Source: Thraustochytrium aureum
Lineage: Eukaryota
Direction: 5' to 3'
Length of the DNA stretch: 49,191 nucleotides
NCBI GenBank assembly: GCA_012862495.1
Contig: BLSG01000123.1
Span: 57,508-106,698 of the forward strand
This document shows, piece after piece, positions 20,507 to 32,773 of the stretch (the first letter of the stretch is position 1; each line of letters opens with the position of its first letter). A program made the translations under genes and the position numbers. The notes under the pieces are model-generated. The model was given only the letters and a program-made list of their open reading frames with translations. It was not told the origin of the DNA and did no database searches.

Positions 20507-21362
20507 NNNNNNNNNNNNNNNNNNNNNNNNNNNNNNNNNNNNNNNNNNNNNNNNNNNNNNNNNNNNNNNNNNNNNNNNNNNNNNNNNNNNNNNNNNNNNN
20601 NNNNNNNNNNNNNNNNNNNNNNNNNNNNNNNNNNNNNNNNNNNNNNNNNNNNNNNNNNNNNNNNNNNNNNNNNNNNNNNNNNNNNNNNNNNNNNNNNNNN
20701 NNNNNNNNNNNNNNNNNNNNNNNNNNNNNNNNNNNNNNNNNNNNNNNNNNNNNNNNNNNNNNNNNNNNNNNNNNNNNNNNNNNNNNNNNNNNNNNNNNNN
20801 NNNNNNNNNNNNNNNNNNNNNNNNNNNNNNNNNNNNNNNNNNNNNNNNNNNNNNNNNNNNNNNNNNNNNNNNNNNNNNNNNNNNNNNNNNNNNNNNNNNN
20901 NNNNNNNNNNNNNNNNNNNNNNNNNNNNNNNNNNNNNNNNNNNNNNNNNNNNNNNNNNNNNNNNNNNNNNNNNNNNNNNNNNNNNNNNNNNNNNNNNNNN
21001 NNNNNNNNNNNNNNNNNNNNNNNNNNNNNNNNNNNNNNNNNNNNNNNNNNNNNNNNNNNNNNNNNNNNNNNNNNNNNNNNNNNNNNNNNNNNNNNNNNNN
21101 NNNNNNNNNNNNNNNNNNNNNNNNNNNNNNNNNNNNNNNNNNNNNNNNNNNNNNNNNNNNNNNNNNNNNNNNNNNNNNNNNNNNNNNNNNNNNNNNNNNN
21201 NNNNNNNNNNNNNNNNNNNNNNNNNNNNNNNNNNNNNNNNNNNNNNNNNNNNNNNNNNNNNNNNNNNNNNNNNNNNNNNNNNNNNNNNNNNNNNNNNNNN
21301 NNNNNNNNNNNNNNNNNNNNNNNNNNNNNNNNNNNNNNNNNNNNNNNNNNNNNNNNNNNNNN

Positions 21363-22600
21363 TTCGCGGTGGTGTTTTGGATGACGCTCGTGAGCACGCT
21401 CTCGCTGACGGTGTACACGCAGAGCGATGTACTGAAGAGCTGCGCCGCGCTCGTGCCCGGGTCGGCGGGGCGCGCGGGGGCTGCTGGAGCGGGCAAGATC
21501 GGCGGGGATTATCGGTCGATACAGATCAAGTACTTGGCGGCGTACTGCTTTGCTGCAGCTGGCGACTGGCTGCAGGGGCCGTACGTGTACGCTTTGTATG
21601 AGGCGTACTCGTTCTCACGCGCAAACATCGCGTTCCTGTTTATCTTCGGGTTCATGTCGAGCCTGGTTGCGGGCACCGCGCTCGGCAGCCTCGCTGACCG
21701 CGCCGGGCGCAAGCGCCTCGCGCTCGTCTACTGCGTCTTGTACATCGGCTCGTGCCTCACCAAGCACTGCAACGAGATCCAGTGGCTGCTGCTCGGCCGC
21801 GTCCTGGGCGGCATCTCGACCTCGATCCTCTTCAGCTGCTTTGAGAGCTGGCTCGTCTGCGAATTCCAGTCGCGCGGGCTGCCCTCCAGTGCGCTCTCTG
21901 CCACGCTCTCGCTCGCGGTTCTGACCAACTCGATTGTGGCGATCGTGAGCGGCGTGGCCGCCGAGGCTGCCGCGACGGCGTTCCCGTTCAGGAAGGTCTC
22001 CCAGAATCTGTTCGTCGGCGGCTACACCGCGCCATTCGACCTGGCGATCGTAGTTCTGCTCGTCGCCTTTGCTCTCATCACCGTGCTCTGGGTTGAAAAC
22101 TATGGCGAGTCGAGCTCGCGCGGCAGCTGCGGCCAGTTCCTCGAGGCCGTGCGAGTGGTCCGCAAGGGGCGGCTCATCTTGGCCGTCGGTTTGGTGCAGA
22201 GCCTCTTTGAGGGCGCCATGTATTCATTCGTGTTTATGTGGACGCCAGCGCTCTCCTCCGACCCGCCTCCGCCGTATGGCACGATCTTTTCGACCTTTAT
22301 GATCGCCTGCATGCTCGGCTCGCAGCTGTTTGGGCTCATCCTTGCGCGGCCCGGCTGGACGCCGCAGCGCCTGATGGTCATCGTGTTTCTCGTCGCCGCG
22401 TTCTCGCTCTCGCTCGGGCCGCTCGCCGAGATGTTTGGCATGCACAACACGTTTTTACAGTACATGGGGTTTTTGCTTTTCGAGGTCTGCGTCGGGCTCT
22501 ACTTTCCCGGCATGGGGACGGTGAAAAGCCAGGTCGTCCCCGAGGCGCACCGGTCTGCCATCTACAACATCTTCCGCATCCCGCTCAACGTGATTGTGCT
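21363..22600 (+). CDS. MFSD5: Molybdate-anion transporter MOT2/MFSD5 (DUF791), both ends in gaps
   Basis: DWLQGPYVYALY, GRVLGGISTSILFSCFESW, SLFEGAMYSFVFMWTPAL and IYNIFRIPLNVIV are diagnostic. Confidence 0.92.
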
Positions 22601-23493
22601 NNNNNNNNNNNNNNNNNNNNNNNNNNNNNNNNNNNNNNNNNNNNNNNNNNNNNNNNNNNNNNNNNNNNNNNNNNNNNNNNNNNNNNNNNNNNNNNNNNNN
22701 NNNNNNNNNNNNNNNNNNNNNNNNNNNNNNNNNNNNNNNNNNNNNNNNNNNNNNNNNNNNNNNNNNNNNNNNNNNNNNNNNNNNNNNNNNNNNNNNNNNN
22801 NNNNNNNNNNNNNNNNNNNNNNNNNNNNNNNNNNNNNNNNNNNNNNNNNNNNNNNNNNNNNNNNNNNNNNNNNNNNNNNNNNNNNNNNNNNNNNNNNNNN
22901 NNNNNNNNNNNNNNNNNNNNNNNNNNNNNNNNNNNNNNNNNNNNNNNNNNNNNNNNNNNNNNNNNNNNNNNNNNNNNNNNNNNNNNNNNNNNNNNNNNNN
23001 NNNNNNNNNNNNNNNNNNNNNNNNNNNNNNNNNNNNNNNNNNNNNNNNNNNNNNNNNNNNNNNNNNNNNNNNNNNNNNNNNNNNNNNNNNNNNNNNNNNN
23101 NNNNNNNNNNNNNNNNNNNNNNNNNNNNNNNNNNNNNNNNNNNNNNNNNNNNNNNNNNNNNNNNNNNNNNNNNNNNNNNNNNNNNNNNNNNNNNNNNNNN
23201 NNNNNNNNNNNNNNNNNNNNNNNNNNNNNNNNNNNNNNNNNNNNNNNNNNNNNNNNNNNNNNNNNNNNNNNNNNNNNNNNNNNNNNNNNNNNNNNNNNNN
23301 NNNNNNNNNNNNNNNNNNNNNNNNNNNNNNNNNNNNNNNNNNNNNNNNNNNNNNNNNNNNNNNNNNNNNNNNNNNNNNNNNNNNNNNNNNNNNNNNNNNN
23401 NNNNNNNNNNNNNNNNNNNNNNNNNNNNNNNNNNNNNNNNNNNNNNNNNNNNNNNNNNNNNNNNNNNNNNNNNNNNNNNNNNNNNNNNNNNNN

Positions 23494-25080
23494 AGCGCTG
23501 TCGAGCGACCATCCCAATCGGGCATCAAACGGCGCAAGGTCTTTACAAGCGAAGACAGCCCAGGAGCAGGCCCCGCCACAAGCTGGGCACGCTCCTTCAG
23601 CGAGCGGAAAAAGCGGTTCTCCGGCTTGCGCGCGAACGGTGCGAACGCGTTCGCCAGAGCTGACACGTCGCGCGACACGCGGTGACCGCCAAATGCGTCA
23701 AAGCGAACGCTCTCGCTGTCGAAAATGCCGACCTGGAACGCGTGAGACACGTTGGGCGCCAAACGAGCGGCTGCCAAATCTGCAAGCCGCGGGTGGAGCC
23801 GCTCCCGCCAGCATCCTAACCGCACTCGGAGGGGATCGAGCGCCGCAGCAAGCTCTGGCGACTCTGCTGGGCTTTGCTCCCCACTCGTAAAGCTGCCTTT
23901 TCGCGCCGCGCCAAAGTACGCGCGGAGCGAGTTGGCGAAGCGGTCGGCCTCTTGTGCGCAGAGCTGGCCCAAGTGCTCGCCCAAGACGCGCTCCACGCGC
24001 TCGATCTCGCCGCTCAGCACACTGCGCGCGGCCAAGCTGGCACCGGCAGCAGATGGCGGGCCCGACCCTGAGCCTGGGGCCGCCGGCCGCCCGAACCTCC
24101 CCCCCGACGCCTTGCCGAGCACAGCACCGAGCGAGCTCTTGAGCAGCCCTCCGCTTGCGGTCCCTGCCTTTAGGGCGCTCTGCAAGAGGCCCCGCGCTGC
24201 GTTGCTGGAGGCCGGCGAGGTCGACTCGTCCGGCTCGCCCAGCTCTGCTTGCAGCGCTGCGAGCTCGACAAAGAACGGCTCGTCCTGCCACCGCTTTAGC
24301 GCGTCGAGCAGGGCCTCAAACCCATTCAGCACCACGAGGAGCTCGTCGTTGGCGTGATCTCCTGCGCCCCGGCCGGAAAAAGCCCCAGAGGCACGGCGCG
24401 AAAACGCCTCGCAGAGATCCTCCACCAGGGGCAACTCGCACATGCGCACAACGAGGAGTCGGTGAGCGGGGTTGCGCAGCGCTTGCGCGCGGTCGATAAT
24501 TGCCCGCAAAACGGCCAAGGCGTGCTCCGAGCACTCGGGGCGCGTCCAAGTCGCGCTACTGATCCCGGCGCCAGGCCGGTCTGCTGCTGAGACGCCGAGT
24601 GTGTCGCGAAGCGTCGCCCATGCGGTCGGCTTGGCGAGCTCGGCCTGCATTTTTCGCTTGGCGAACTCGAGGTCGGCGTCCATCCAGAGCAGCAGCCTGT
24701 CCTGGTCCTGCACAAAGTAGTCAAGGACCGTTGGCCACGCGTTGGCCCTGGGCCCCGGGCTCGCGCAGTAGCCAAATTGCTCGATGAGCGCGCGGTCAAG
24801 CGCGAGCGCCTCGTCCGCCGTGCGGCAGAGCAGAGCGGAGGACCCCACCAGCGTGGGCCACTTGTCCGCAAAGTGGGCGTGCAGCGTTCGCACCAACAGG
24901 CGAATAAAGCCAGCCAGCACGTCGACATAGACGCTCGAGAGCTCAAGTGCAAGCTCCCCCTCTACAACGGGCTGCACAAGGTCCACGAGGAACTCGCTGT
25001 GGCCCTTGACCGCCTGCAGAATGAACCCGTGGACCAATCGGGCTTGTCGACACGATTCGTGTCTCGTCTGCCGCAAAAGT
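23494..25080 (-). CDS. RINT1: RINT1/TIP20 vesicle-tethering protein, internal fragment
   Basis: Helical protein with DEALALDRAL, LWMDADLEFA, WQDEPFFVEL, SPELAAAL and RFDAFGGHRVSRDV, matching the RINT-1/TIP-1 family pattern. Confidence 0.72.
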
Positions 25081-26240
25081 NNNNNNNNNNNNNNNNNNNN
25101 NNNNNNNNNNNNNNNNNNNNNNNNNNNNNNNNNNNNNNNNNNNNNNNNNNNNNNNNNNNNNNNNNNNNNNNNNNNNNNNNNNNNNNNNNNNNNNNNNNNN
25201 NNNNNNNNNNNNNNNNNNNNNNNNNNNNNNNNNNNNNNNNNNNNNNNNNNNNNNNNNNNNNNNNNNNNNNNNNNNNNNNNNNNNNNNNNNNNNNNNNNNN
25301 NNNNNNNNNNNNNNNNNNNNNNNNNNNNNNNNNNNNNNNNNNNNNNNNNNNNNNNNNNNNNNNNNNNNNNNNNNNNNNNNNNNNNNNNNNNNNNNNNNNN
25401 NNNNNNNNNNNNNNNNNNNNNNNNNNNNNNNNNNNNNNNNNNNNNNNNNNNNNNNNNNNNNNNNNNNNNNNNNNNNNNNNNNNNNNNNNNNNNNNNNNNN
25501 NNNNNNNNNNNNNNNNNNNNNNNNNNNNNNNNNNNNNNNNNNNNNNNNNNNNNNNNNNNNNNNNNNNNNNNNNNNNNNNNNNNNNNNNNNNNNNNNNNNN
25601 NNNNNNNNNNNNNNNNNNNNNNNNNNNNNNNNNNNNNNNNNNNNNNNNNNNNNNNNNNNNNNNNNNNNNNNNNNNNNNNNNNNNNNNNNNNNNNNNNNNN
25701 NNNNNNNNNNNNNNNNNNNNNNNNNNNNNNNNNNNNNNNNNNNNNNNNNNNNNNNNNNNNNNNNNNNNNNNNNNNNNNNNNNNNNNNNNNNNNNNNNNNN
25801 NNNNNNNNNNNNNNNNNNNNNNNNNNNNNNNNNNNNNNNNNNNNNNNNNNNNNNNNNNNNNNNNNNNNNNNNNNNNNNNNNNNNNNNNNCATTCAGCGGC
25901 GCCCCATCCAGGCACGCCCGCTTCCCAGCAGCCCAGCGCGCGTCAGCCCCACGGCGGCCGCGGCTTCTGCCGCAACCGACCCGCATCCGCCACGTGGTCC
26001 GCGACGCCGAGCGTCGCGCACCACCGCCTCGACCGACCGACCGATTCAGCGAGCGAGCGAGCGAGCGACCCCGGCCCCGCGACGCGACGCACAGCTCGCG
26101 CGCAGGCCACTGCGCGGCGCCCCCTCCCTCCCTCCCTCTGCCGCGAGCTCGTTCCGGTGGCTCCCTCGCGTGATTGCCTGCATGCCTGCCTGCCTGCCTG
26201 TCCACGGACTATTGCCGCATTCCCGGAAAAAGAGCCGCTC

Positions 26241-26332
26241 CCCGGAGACCTCCCGGGAAAACTCCCGGGACCCGGGAACCACCTTGTATTACAGGCGTTC
26301 CCGCCCTCCCGGGACTTTCGGGGAGCTCCGGG
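26241..26332. repeat. Imperfect ~92-bp inverted repeat built of CCCGGG units
   Basis: Pairing segments 26241-47/26326-32, 26250-54/26321-25, 26257-60/26316-19, 26263-70/26307-14 and 26273-79/26297-303 surround a TGTATTACA centre. Confidence 0.7.
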
Positions 26333-26936
26333 TTTGGGGAAGAGCTGCGCGCCAGGGCAGCGGTGAGGGCGAACTTGCCCTGTGAGGACACGCGCGCGTT
26401 TTGTTTGTTTCTTTCTTTGCAAGTGCCGCTCGGAGGTACAGGCGTGGGATTACCCCGGACGGGCCGGGGTATAGGGGAGGCAGCGCGGGCGAGCAGGCGG
26501 GCCGTGGCGGCCTGCGCGGGTTTTGGTGGCAAGAGAATGGCCGGCCGCGTTTCGCCGGTGGCACGTTCCGTGGACGTGGGAAGCGTCCCACACTGGCTCT
26601 AACGATTGTTCCGCTGGGCGACCGGCCACGAGCGCGACCTGGCCGGCCTCGTGTGCTTGGCGGCGGCGAGGACAGTGTCTCGAGGTCGGGTTTGGCAACA
26701 GCAGCACAGACTCCATCCCGTTCACTCGTTCACCGCTGAATTCTGGTCTGGCGGGCGAGGTGTTGTGTGGCTGCCAAACGGTTCAGCCAGCCAGCCGTTG
26801 ATGATCCACGTCCTAGCTAGTGATTGAAGGTTGGCGGCCGGCGAGCTTCGTGGGCGGCTCGTCTCGAAAACCTCCCCGCAGACAGACGAGTTTCCACGTT
26901 GGAGCGAAGCAGGGCAGCGAAGATCAGAATCAGAAT

Positions 26937-27949
26937 TCAGAGGCAAGCGTCGAGCTCAGTCAGGCGAATCGCATGCGTATCAGTTGCTTCTTGTGGGTGG
27001 TTTTCTGCGAGAGCGCGCAAGTAGTTGGACAGGATGGTTGCCGAACTCATCTCCATGGCCAGCCTCTGCACCTCGTTCTGCGGCGCGGGGCTGACAACGC
27101 TGTACAGTGTGGCAAGGATGTGGCCCGTGTTGAGCACGTCAATCTGTTGCCCTGCTGCAATGCTTCTACGGAGGTTGTTGACCACGCGCGGAAGCAGCGC
27201 GGCATCGTCGGCTGCGATGAATCTATCGACGGAAATAAAGCCGTGCGAGTGTGGGAACGCCAGCGGGACGACCTCTGCACCATCGAAAACCCTACGGTTA
27301 ACAACGTCGAGGTATAGCGGCTCCTGGCCATCGTCCACTTCGCTGGGCAGACCGGGCACGTCGCCGAGCTGGGCAACAACAACGTGCTGAGGCATGTTTG
27401 TGAGGCGACAGTCGACGCCAAGCCTGCGCAGCACGACGGCGAGGACCGCGTTGAGCACGATCGGGAGACCCCGCTTGTTGGCCACGAAGTGACTAGGGAA
27501 AGACAGGCCCGCCACGCCGTACGGCGATGGCGGCCACATGTCGCAGGCGCTCCCCGGGCTGAATGCAACTACCAAGGACTCCAACAGAGCGCGCCTCGAC
27601 GCGGGGGCCTGGCCCCCTCCCGCAGGCATCAAGGGCCGCAACCGCGCGCACTCTTCGTCAATAAGCCGGTCGAGCCTGTCCGGCAGGTTTTCGTCGGCAC
27701 CGGGGCCGCAGTAAGCGGCTTCGATCGCAAGCGTACCGTCAAGCAGCGCAAGCCCTTGGCGCGGCTCGCGCACCACCCGTTCCACGTGCCCGAACGCGCG
27801 GCCCGCGCGCCGGAACCTCTCGAGGTTGGCTTTCATGCCCGGGGTCCAGACCTGGTCCTGAGCCGCGGCGACCCAGTCGCGAGCGGTGCGCGGGTCGTGG
27901 ACAAGCGCCGGAAAGTATGCTGTCAATTCGCTGAAACCGGATTCCAAGG
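26937..27949 (-). CDS. Transglut_core2 (SirB1/FBXO21-like) domain protein, 3' part
   Basis: VANKRGLPIVLNAVLAVVLRRLGV...NMPQHVVV...YLDV...LLPRVVNNL matches the rrGiPisL...l.rRlG...fPgHfl...ylDpf...Rml.NL pattern. Confidence 0.75.
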
Positions 27950-28704
27950 NNNNNNNNNNNNNNNNNNNNNNNNNNNNNNNNNNNNNNNNNNNNNNNNNNN
28001 NNNNNNNNNNNNNNNNNNNNNNNNNNNNNNNNNNNNNNNNNNNNNNNNNNNNNNNNNNNNNNNNNNNNNNNNNNNNNNNNNNNNNNNNNNNNNNNNNNNN
28101 NNNNNNNNNNNNNNNNNNNNNNNNNNNNNNNNNNNNNNNNNNNNNNNNNNNNNNNNNNNNNNNNNNNNNNNNNNNNNNNNNNNNNNNNNNNNNNNNNNNN
28201 NNNNNNNNNNNNNNNNNNNNNNNNNNNNNNNNNNNNNNNNNNNNNNNNNNNNNNNNNNNNNNNNNNNNNNNNNNNNNNNNNNNNNNNNNNNNNNNNNNNN
28301 NNNNNNNNNNNNNNNNNNNNNNNNNNNNNNNNNNNNNNNNNNNNNNNNNNNNNNNNNNNNNNNNNNNNNNNNNNNNNNNNNNNNNNNNNNNNNNNNNNNN
28401 NNNNNNNNNNNNNNNNNNNNNNNNNNNNNNNNNNNNNNNNNNNNNNNNNNNNNNNNNNNNNNNNNNNNNNNNNNNNNNNNNNNNNNNNNNNNNNNNNNNN
28501 NNNNNNNNNNNNNNNNNNNNNNNNNNNNNNNNNNNNNNNNNNNNNNNNNNNNNNNNNNNNNNNNNNNNNNNNNNNNNNNNNNNNNNNNNNNNNNNNNNNN
28601 NNNNNNNNNNNNNNNNNNNNNNNNNNNNNNNNNNNNNNNNNNNNNNNNNNNNNNNNNNNNNNNNNNNNNNNNNNNNNNNNNNNNNNNNNNNNNNNNNNNN
28701 NTCT

Positions 28705-29850
28705 TCATGTGCTGCCGTGCTTCGTGAGCAAGTTGATGGCCATGCCGTTGCGGAGGTCCTCGCGTTTTGCGGCAAAGACGGCGCGCGTCTGCTCGCGCGC
28801 AAGCTTCTTGTTCATCCAAGCCGGCCTGCCGCCGTTGTACATAGGCCGCGCCAGAGCGGACGAAGTCTCCACACCAGCACGCTGGTACATGAGGAGCAGG
28901 CGCTCCTTGCTGTTTGCCAAAACGGCCGGTCGCGTCTCCTCCGGTCGCACACGTTGCTTGTAGTCTGTGAGGAACGCGCGGTGGCCCACAATGCGACGCT
29001 CGCCCGTTGTGCGGTTCAACAACTCGAGCTCGCCGGTTTCCAGCAGCGTGGCAGACATGTCCGCCTTGGCCGCCTCGCCCGCCTCGCCCGCTTCCTCCTC
29101 GGCCAGCGCAGAGTAGTCATAAAACTCCTCGTACTCCTCGACGTCGTCCTCAAACTCCCAGGGGATCTTGCAGTGCGACTTGTCGATCATGTGCTGCAGC
29201 GTGGCTTGCTTGCTCTTGAACGGGCGCTCGCACGTGAGGCAGAGCTTTCCAGCCAGCACCTTCTTGGTGCAGTATTTGAACATGCCCGGCAGGTTGCTGC
29301 AAAACTCGACGTCCGGCACGTAAAACCCAAAGTACTTCTTCATGTACAACAGATTCTCCTCAAAGCTCTCCGAGGCATGGCCGTCGAGAAAGCACACGCG
29401 AAAGTCGACCTCGCGCTTCATCTCCTCCTCGTCCACCTCGTAGTCGCCGCGAGGGCCGGCGTCTTCCTCGTCGCCGATAGGCTCGTGCATCTCGTCCTCC
29501 TCCTCGTCTCCGTCCAGTGCGTCGCCGGCGACAGCCTCCTTTGAAGCCACGGGGGCGGCAGGCCCGGAGGGCGGGGCAGGAGCCTCGGTCGCGACTGGCT
29601 CGGAGGCGCTTCCGGCGCGCTTGCTTCGCTTGATGTGCGAGGTGCCCTTGGTCTGCATGCTCTTTGCGTTCTCGCGCTCAGCCTGGATGCGCTGCAGCTT
29701 CTCGAACATGACCGCTGGCACCGGCGGCAGGTTGGCCACCTTGCGCTTCAGGTTGTACTTGTGCCACTCGCTCTTGTAGTGTTCGTGTAGTTCGGCCCGC
29801 GTCTCGAACACCACGCCGGGCGCCGTCCAGCACTTTAGCGCGGTCTCCAT
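28705..29850 (-). CDS. ZNF622: Pre-60S factor Rei1/Reh1/ZNF622
   Basis: HYKSEWHKYNLKRKVANLPPV, FGFYVPD, CLTC...QHMIDKSHCKI, EFYDYS and IVGHR...YKQR are family motifs. First ATG at 29850. Confidence 0.9.
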   Translation of the reverse strand: METALKCWTAPGVVFETRAELHEHYKSEWHKYNLKRKVANLPPVPAVMFEKLQRIQAERENAKSMQTKGTSHIKRSKRAGSASEPVATEAPAPPSGPAAPVASKEAVAGDALDGDEEEDEMHEPIGDEEDAGPRGDYEVDEEEMKREVDFRVCFLDGHASESFEENLLYMKKYFGFYVPDVEFCSNLPGMFKYCTKKVLAGKLCLTCERPFKSKQATLQHMIDKSHCKIPWEFEDDVEEYEEFYDYSALAEEEAGEAGEAAKADMSATLLETGELELLNRTTGERRIVGHRAFLTDYKQRVRPEETRPAVLANSKERLLLMYQRAGVETSSALARPMYNGGRPAWMNKKLAREQTRAVFAAKREDLRNGMAINLLTKHGST

Positions 29851-30465
29851 CTCTGCCGCGCTCTTCGCTCGCAGTGCCGTGCTGTCGCGCGCTCTGCTCG
29901 CTTCCTCCGAGGGGGGCGGATCCTCGAGTCTCACCCCTGCCAGCTCCGTCGCGAGCGCGTTCAAACGAGTCGGCGCACTGTCTGCTCGCGCCTGCGTCTT
30001 CTCTGCTCAGCCTGCTCCTCGCGGCGGGGTCGGCGTTGGGGGTCTGCGGGGCTGGCGGCTGAAACCTGTTCCGGCGTCGTGCGCACTCTCTTGTCGGCCA
30101 GCGCCACCCACGCCCCGGCAAGAGGGCCTTTCGAGGGCAGAAACCTGAGGNNNNNNNNNNNNNNNNNNNNNNNNNNNNNNNNNNNNNNNNNNNNNNNNNN
30201 NNNNNNNNNNNNNNNNNNNNNNNNNNNNNNNNNNNNNNNNNNNNNNNNNNNNNNNNNNNNNNNNNNNNNNNNNNNNNNNNNNNNNNNNNNNNNNNNNNNN
30301 NNNNNNNNNNNNNNNNNNNNNNNNNNNNNNNNNNNNNNNNNNNNNNNNNTGATTTTGTTTTGTGAAACCTATGGTACTCGTCTACTTTGCTGATGCTTCA
30401 AGGCAAGCAGGGCGCTGGCGCCGCATGCCGCTGTGGACGGCGCAACGGATGCCGCACACTTCAGG

Positions 30466-31903
30466 TCAGAAGAAAAAAGCCTTGGAGCGCAAGAAGCACT
30501 CGCGCAGACCGGACTGGCCCAAAATGGTCCCGCGACCCGAGCGGCCGCGGCCTGCCCATGGCATCCACGGCTCGACGAGCCCGCAACGGTTAAAGTAAAC
30601 CGTGCCTGCACGGACCTTGCTGAGGATTTGCTCCGCCCTGGCGCGCAGCTCGGCCGAGTCTTGGGCGAACACGCCTGCAGTGAGGCCGTGCGCAGAATCG
30701 AGCAAGGCCGCGACAGCAGCGGGGTTTTCGGCCGTTGCCGCGGGCACGCGGGCGATCGTCACGATGGGGCCGAACGACTCCTCGTCCACAACGAGCATGC
30801 CAGGCTTGCAATCAACCAGCACGGTTGGCTCGTAAAAGAAGCCCCCCGCCAAGGGGCTCGCCGCGTCGGCCGGCTGCCAGCGCTTGCCACCGCACAATAC
30901 CTTGGCGCCTTTGCCGACCGCGTCGGCCACGAGGCCCTCGACTTTGGCGAGGTGCTGCGACGAAAAAAGAGGGCCTATGAACGTCGCAGAGTCCAAGGGG
31001 TCGCCCACCTGGAGCGCCGCAACGTGCACTGCCAGGGCCGCCACGAGCGCGTCGTGCACCCGCTCGTCAACGTACAGGCGCTCGATGGCGTCGCAGTTCT
31101 CCCCCATCATCGCGAGCGCGCCTTCAGCGAGAACCGGGCACGACGGCCGCCACGTCGACCGAGGCGTCCACGAAGAAGGCGTCATTGCCACCGAGCTCGA
31201 GGACTGTCGTTCGTAGAGGCGGCGAGCTTCGAGCAACCGCCTCGCCGATCTCTGAGGACCCGATGAACACCAGGCTGTCCAGCTCGCTCGAAGATGCGAG
31301 GTATGCTCCGACTTCCTGCCCACCAACGCAGAGTTGGAACGCGTCCGGGGGGCACCCGGCATCGAGGAAGATCCTGCGCACACTTTGCGCTGTCAGGGTG
31401 GCCCGCTCGCTCGGCTTTACCAGCACGCAGTTGCCGAGAAGAAGTGCTGGGACAACATAGTCAATGAGCATCAGGACGGGAAAGTTCCAGGCGCAGATGA
31501 AGGCGCAGAGCCCCTTGGGCTCCCACCGCACAGAGTCACCTGAAGCGCCACTCGGGTTTGGGGTCTCGCTGGCGACTGCGGCCGGGCAGCCGCGCTCCAG
31601 CAAGTACTGGATTCGATAGTCGCACGCCTCGATCTCTCCACGGCCCTGCGCGACCGGTTTGCCAGTCTCTACCGCCATCTCTCGCGCGAGCTCGGCTGCC
31701 GTCGCTTCGTCCGCGAGCAAGTCCCTCGCCCTGGCCACGCACTCGGCGCGCTCGCCCGCCCCAAAGCCCGGCGTTCCTCGGTCCACGACGGCGCGAGCGC
31801 GTTCAATCTTGTCGACCACCTCCTGCACAGTGTCCTGCTGCACGCGCGCAACGACAGCGCCCGTGCTGGGCGAGACAACTCGGAGCATTCCGCTTGCCGA
31901 CAT
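30466..31903 (-). CDS. Aldehyde dehydrogenase family protein; frameshift at ~31134-31138
   Basis: ETGKP, WNFP, KPSE, FIGSSEIG, catalytic ELGGND, catalytic Cys in GENC, EESFGP and PWAGRGRSG. Two ORFs join by removing one base in CCCGG. Confidence 0.9.
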
Positions 31904-32773
31904 TCTATTCTCCCTCTACTCCGCGCCGCGCTGCGCCAGCCTCGCGCAGTCTCGCGCAAAAGGCGCAGGCCAAGCGCACGCTAGAGCTCGCCTTCCCCAG
32001 GCCCGGCCAGTCCTGCAGCGCGTCCTCGGTGAGCCCAGCGTCGAGCCCTCGAGCGGCTGCTGCAAGCCCGAAACAGAATCATCGCTCATTGCCTGTATCT
32101 ATTCCGGTACGCTCAGGCTTGGAGTTGGAGCCTCTTGGCGGCGTTGTTGCAGCTTGCAGCGCAGCGCAACGGGGCGCTGGGCCGCGGCCGGTCCGTCGTC
32201 AGGCCGTCGGAGCTGCCGCCGTCGTGCCAGCGGCCCTGCTGGAGAGGCGCAGCAAGCGAGCATTATCCCTCGCAATCAACAGGACGGCGGCGGTCTTGCA
32301 TGAGCGGAATGGAATGGGTACCTGCGTCCACGACGTGTTCGAGTTCTCCAGCCTCAGCTCTCTCAGCCTTCCCGGGGAGCCCACAGTCGTCAGTCGCAGT
32401 GCGCGAGTCGCGATCGACGGTCTGCGCCTCGGCGTGGCAGGTCCATTCCGTCCTTGCGCGGGTCCTCTCGGCGCGTGGTGTTTTCCCGAGAGGACCGGCG
32501 TGCGTCGCGCGTTGCTGCTTGCTCATCCCGAGGCTCGGCAGACCCGCATCGATCGATCGGTCGATCGATTGAGCGAGGCCCGATCGGCGCGGCCGAGGGA
32601 CCGCTGCGGAAGCGCACGGGAGCCGACTGCGCGAACGAACGCACGTCTGCGTACGCGCGTGTGGACGCACGCGCCCCCGGTTGAGAGCGGCTCGAACGCG
32701 CTCGCAAAGGCCTTGCTTGCTCTGGAGACGCGACGAGAAGGCAGTTGCGAGTGGCGGACTGGAGCGCGCAAGC

